From NCBI GenBank assembly GCA_945897315.1, contig CAMDFF010000001.1, positions 106,366-170,365 of the forward strand: a DNA stretch of 64,000 bases. Reading direction: 5' to 3'. Below, in pieces: positions 62,094-64,000 of the stretch. The notes under the pieces are model-generated. The model was not told the DNA's origin. It saw nothing but the letters and a program-made list of their open reading frames with translations, and ran no database searches. Both the position numbers and the translations under genes were made by a program. The stretch comes from a candidate division TM6 bacterium UASB124 (GTDB taxonomy: Bacteria > Babelota > Babeliae > Babelales > RVW-14). Every line of letters begins with the position of its first letter. Positions within the stretch are counted from its first letter, which is position 1.

Positions 62094-63119
62094 ATGGAAA
62101 TTATGCTTCAAGAATTATTACGATGGCCCCAAAAATTACAGCAAGGGGTTGCGCTTACTGATCAGGTGCTAGCTGCGCATGCTGCATTATTGCTTGTGCC
62201 GTATGACAAAATTGCCTTTGTTGGTATGGGTGGCTCAGGAATTGCAGGGCGTATTTTTAAAACATTGCTTGATCGTCATACATCGGTCACGACTATTGTC
62301 GTTGATTCGCCTATGGTGCCATTGAGCATCGATCATAGAACGCTTACATTTGTAATCTCTTACTCCGGCAATACCTGGGAAAGTTTAGAAGCATTCTCAA
62401 CGCTGGTTAAGCGCAAGGTACCATTAGTAGCAATTTCTCATGGTGGCACCTTGCAAGCGTATGCACAAAAGTGTGGCATTGCGCATATCAAGCTTCCTGT
62501 TGCCCTGCAGCCGCGTACAGCCCTTGGTTTTTTTATGGGCTTTTTTTGGCAGTTGTTTCAGCAACGTGGGGTAGTTGGTATCGAGACGATGATGCAGGAG
62601 TGGATGCAAACAGCGGACGCTCTTTTGCCGGAGTATAGCCAGAAGAGTGCATTCGCTGACCTTTTGCCGTTATTGGTTGATCTCGATATGTTCCATGTGT
62701 GGGGGGTGAGTGATGATTCAGCCTCGGCAGCGTACCGCGGCGCAACGCAATTCAATGAAAATGCAAAAATTCAGGGCGTATACTCAAGCTTCCCAGAATT
62801 AGCACATAACCTACTGGTTGGTTTTGAGCGTGTTGCTCAGCGCCCGGTGGTTGTTTGGTATCAAACAACATTTCAATCTGAAAACATGAATCGTGCGATT
62901 CAGTCACTTCATGCGATTTTACGTGATTCAGGGGTCGATCTTTACAAAGTACCAGTTTTCGGAGATACTTTTGGGAGTCAGTTTTTTTCCATGATTCTGT
63001 GGACTGATTTTGCGTCCTTTTATCTCGGGCATGAGCGTGGCGTTGATACGCAGCGCGTGCGAATAATAGAAGAGCTCAAGCAGCGGCAACAATCAAGTGG
63101 CATTTTTGTAGAGGTTTAA
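62094..63119 (+). CDS. Bifunctional phosphoglucose/phosphomannose isomerase (SIS domain)
   Basis: [21 protein letters not shown] and the C-terminal [12 protein letters not shown] motif typical of bacterial/archaeal PGI/PMI. Confidence 0.65.
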   Translation: MEIMLQELLRWPQKLQQGVALTDQVLAAHAALLLVPYDKIAFVGMGGSGIAGRIFKTLLDRHTSVTTIVVDSPMVPLSIDHRTLTFVISYSGNTWESLEAFSTLVKRKVPLVAISHGGTLQAYAQKCGIAHIKLPVALQPRTALGFFMGFFWQLFQQRGVVGIETMMQEWMQTADALLPEYSQKSAFADLLPLLVDLDMFHVWGVSDDSASAAYRGATQFNENAKIQGVYSSFPELAHNLLVGFERVAQRPVVVWYQTTFQSENMNRAIQSLHAILRDSGVDLYKVPVFGDTFGSQFFSMILWTDFASFYLGHERGVDTQRVRIIEELKQRQQSSGIFVEV

Positions 63120-63334
63120 TGATGAAAAAAGGTCTTCACCCAGAAATTTTTGATGTAACAATCCGTTGTGCTTGTGGTACCACTGTTGATACTATCTCAA
63201 CCCAGCAGCGTTTAGATGTTGATATCTGCTCTGGCTGTCACCCATTGTTTACTGGCCAACAAAAGTTTGTTGATACAGCCGGTCGCATTGAAAAATTCCA
63301 AGCTCGTTACAACAGCCAGAAAAAACAAAGCTAA
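63119..63334 (+). CDS. rpmE: 50S ribosomal protein L31
   Basis: MKKGLHPE...C.C...[28 protein letters not shown]. The alternative ATG at 63122 is equally likely. Confidence 0.9.
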   Translation: MMKKGLHPEIFDVTIRCACGTTVDTISTQQRLDVDICSGCHPLFTGQQKFVDTAGRIEKFQARYNSQKKQS

Positions 63335-63355
63335 TTTGTTTTTTCTACTATAGTT

Positions 63356-63412
63356 TTACCGTTCGCCCTGTATGCTTGCCATGTGCAACTTAGTGCGAAC
63401 GGTAATTTTTTT
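63356..63412 (+). terminator. Rho-independent terminator after rpmE
   Basis: TTACCGTTCGC-28 nt-GCGAACGGTAA followed by T7. Confidence 0.6.
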
Positions 63413-63429
63413 ATCTTAGGAATAATTCT

Positions 63430-64000
63430 ATGCTAGATTGGTCTGTCCTTCAGAATGAGTATGATGACTTACAGAGTAAGCTTGTTGATTCATCTCTGGA
63501 GCAGAGAGCGCGTGCGACTATGCAGCGACGCTCTTCACAACTTTCTAATGTGCTTGATACGCACAATCAGATAGTAATACTCGAAAAAAATATTACCGAG
63601 AGTCAGTCTCTTTGTTCTAGCGATGATGCAGAAATGCGTGAGATTGCTCAGCAAGAAATTGCAGAAGCGACAATCAAAAAAGATTTATTAGAAAAAGAGC
63701 TGGAAGATGTTCTTTATCCTGCCGATGAGCGCGATGACAACTCAGTATTTATAGAAATACGCGCTGGCGCTGGCGGGCAAGAAGCAGCATTATTTGCAGC
63801 ATCGTTGTACGAAATGTATTTTCGTTATGCTGAAAAAAGAGGCTGGCAGGCTTCTATCATTGAAGAAAGCGTTACTGATCTTGGTGGATACAAAGAACTT
63901 GTGATGCACATTGATGGTAAGCGTGTTTATAAATTTTTGAAATTTGAATCTGGCGTTCATCGCGTGCAGCGTGTACCCAAGACTGACACCGCAGGGCGTG
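63430..64000 (+). CDS. prfA: Peptide chain release factor 1, N-terminal ~190 aa (3' end outside the window)
   Basis: My own translation from the ATG at 63430 gives MLDWSVLQNEYDDLQSKL...FIEIRAGAGGQEAALFAASLYEMYFRYAEKRGW...ESGVHRVQRVPKTDTAGR. The P-x-T tripeptide context points to RF1. Confidence 0.85.
   Translation, partial: MLDWSVLQNEYDDLQSKLVDSSLEQRARATMQRRSSQLSNVLDTHNQIVILEKNITESQSLCSSDDAEMREIAQQEIAEATIKKDLLEKELEDVLYPADERDDNSVFIEIRAGAGGQEAALFAASLYEMYFRYAEKRGWQASIIEESVTDLGGYKELVMHIDGKRVYKFLKFESGVHRVQRVPKTDTAGR

Overview
Overview: a 64 kb chromosomal segment with about 60 protein-coding genes. I could not support any rRNA gene, tRNA gene or CRISPR array.

Likely organism (inference only): the gene content suggests a diderm, probably host-associated bacterium with a reduced genome, of the kind seen in Dependentiae/TM6-like or other amoeba-associated lineages. 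The supporting content is KdsC plus an LptC-like protein, SurA-like chaperones, a Bat (aerotolerance-type) operon, three APC amino-acid permeases, and ankyrin, LRR and clostripain-like proteins.

Housekeeping genes recognised from motifs: lspA (5' truncated), comF, kdsC, uppS, gpsA, rsmE, gpmI, a CNNM/CorC transporter, an acyl-CoA ligase, a ferredoxin, sufC, plsC, topA, tyrS, rpmE and prfA (3' truncated).

Accessory content worth attention:
1. A same-strand array of six lineage-specific exported or membrane proteins at 45.8-51.6 kb. It includes paralogues that share an N-terminal motif just after the signal peptide.
2. An island at 39.8-45.9 kb with three different P-loop ATPase genes, each with a PD-(D/E)XK-like C-terminus. 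Each gene is bracketed by long direct repeats or by copies of a ~65-bp hairpin element, and one repeat copy always abuts the stop codon.
3. An AbiEi/AbiEii toxin-antitoxin pair, likewise bracketed by ~70-bp direct repeats.
4. Tandem secreted paralogues at 17.0-19.7 kb.
5. A candidate operon encoding a highly acidic protein with a Cys/Gly-rich tail, a ferredoxin and an acyl-CoA ligase.
6. An MsbA-like ABC exporter split by a frameshift in a homopolymer.
7. An M50-like protein that lacks the HExxH motif.
8. A GC-rich, apparently structured element directly upstream of a lone sufC.

Limits: every functional call rests on motif recognition by eye. No database search or computation was run.
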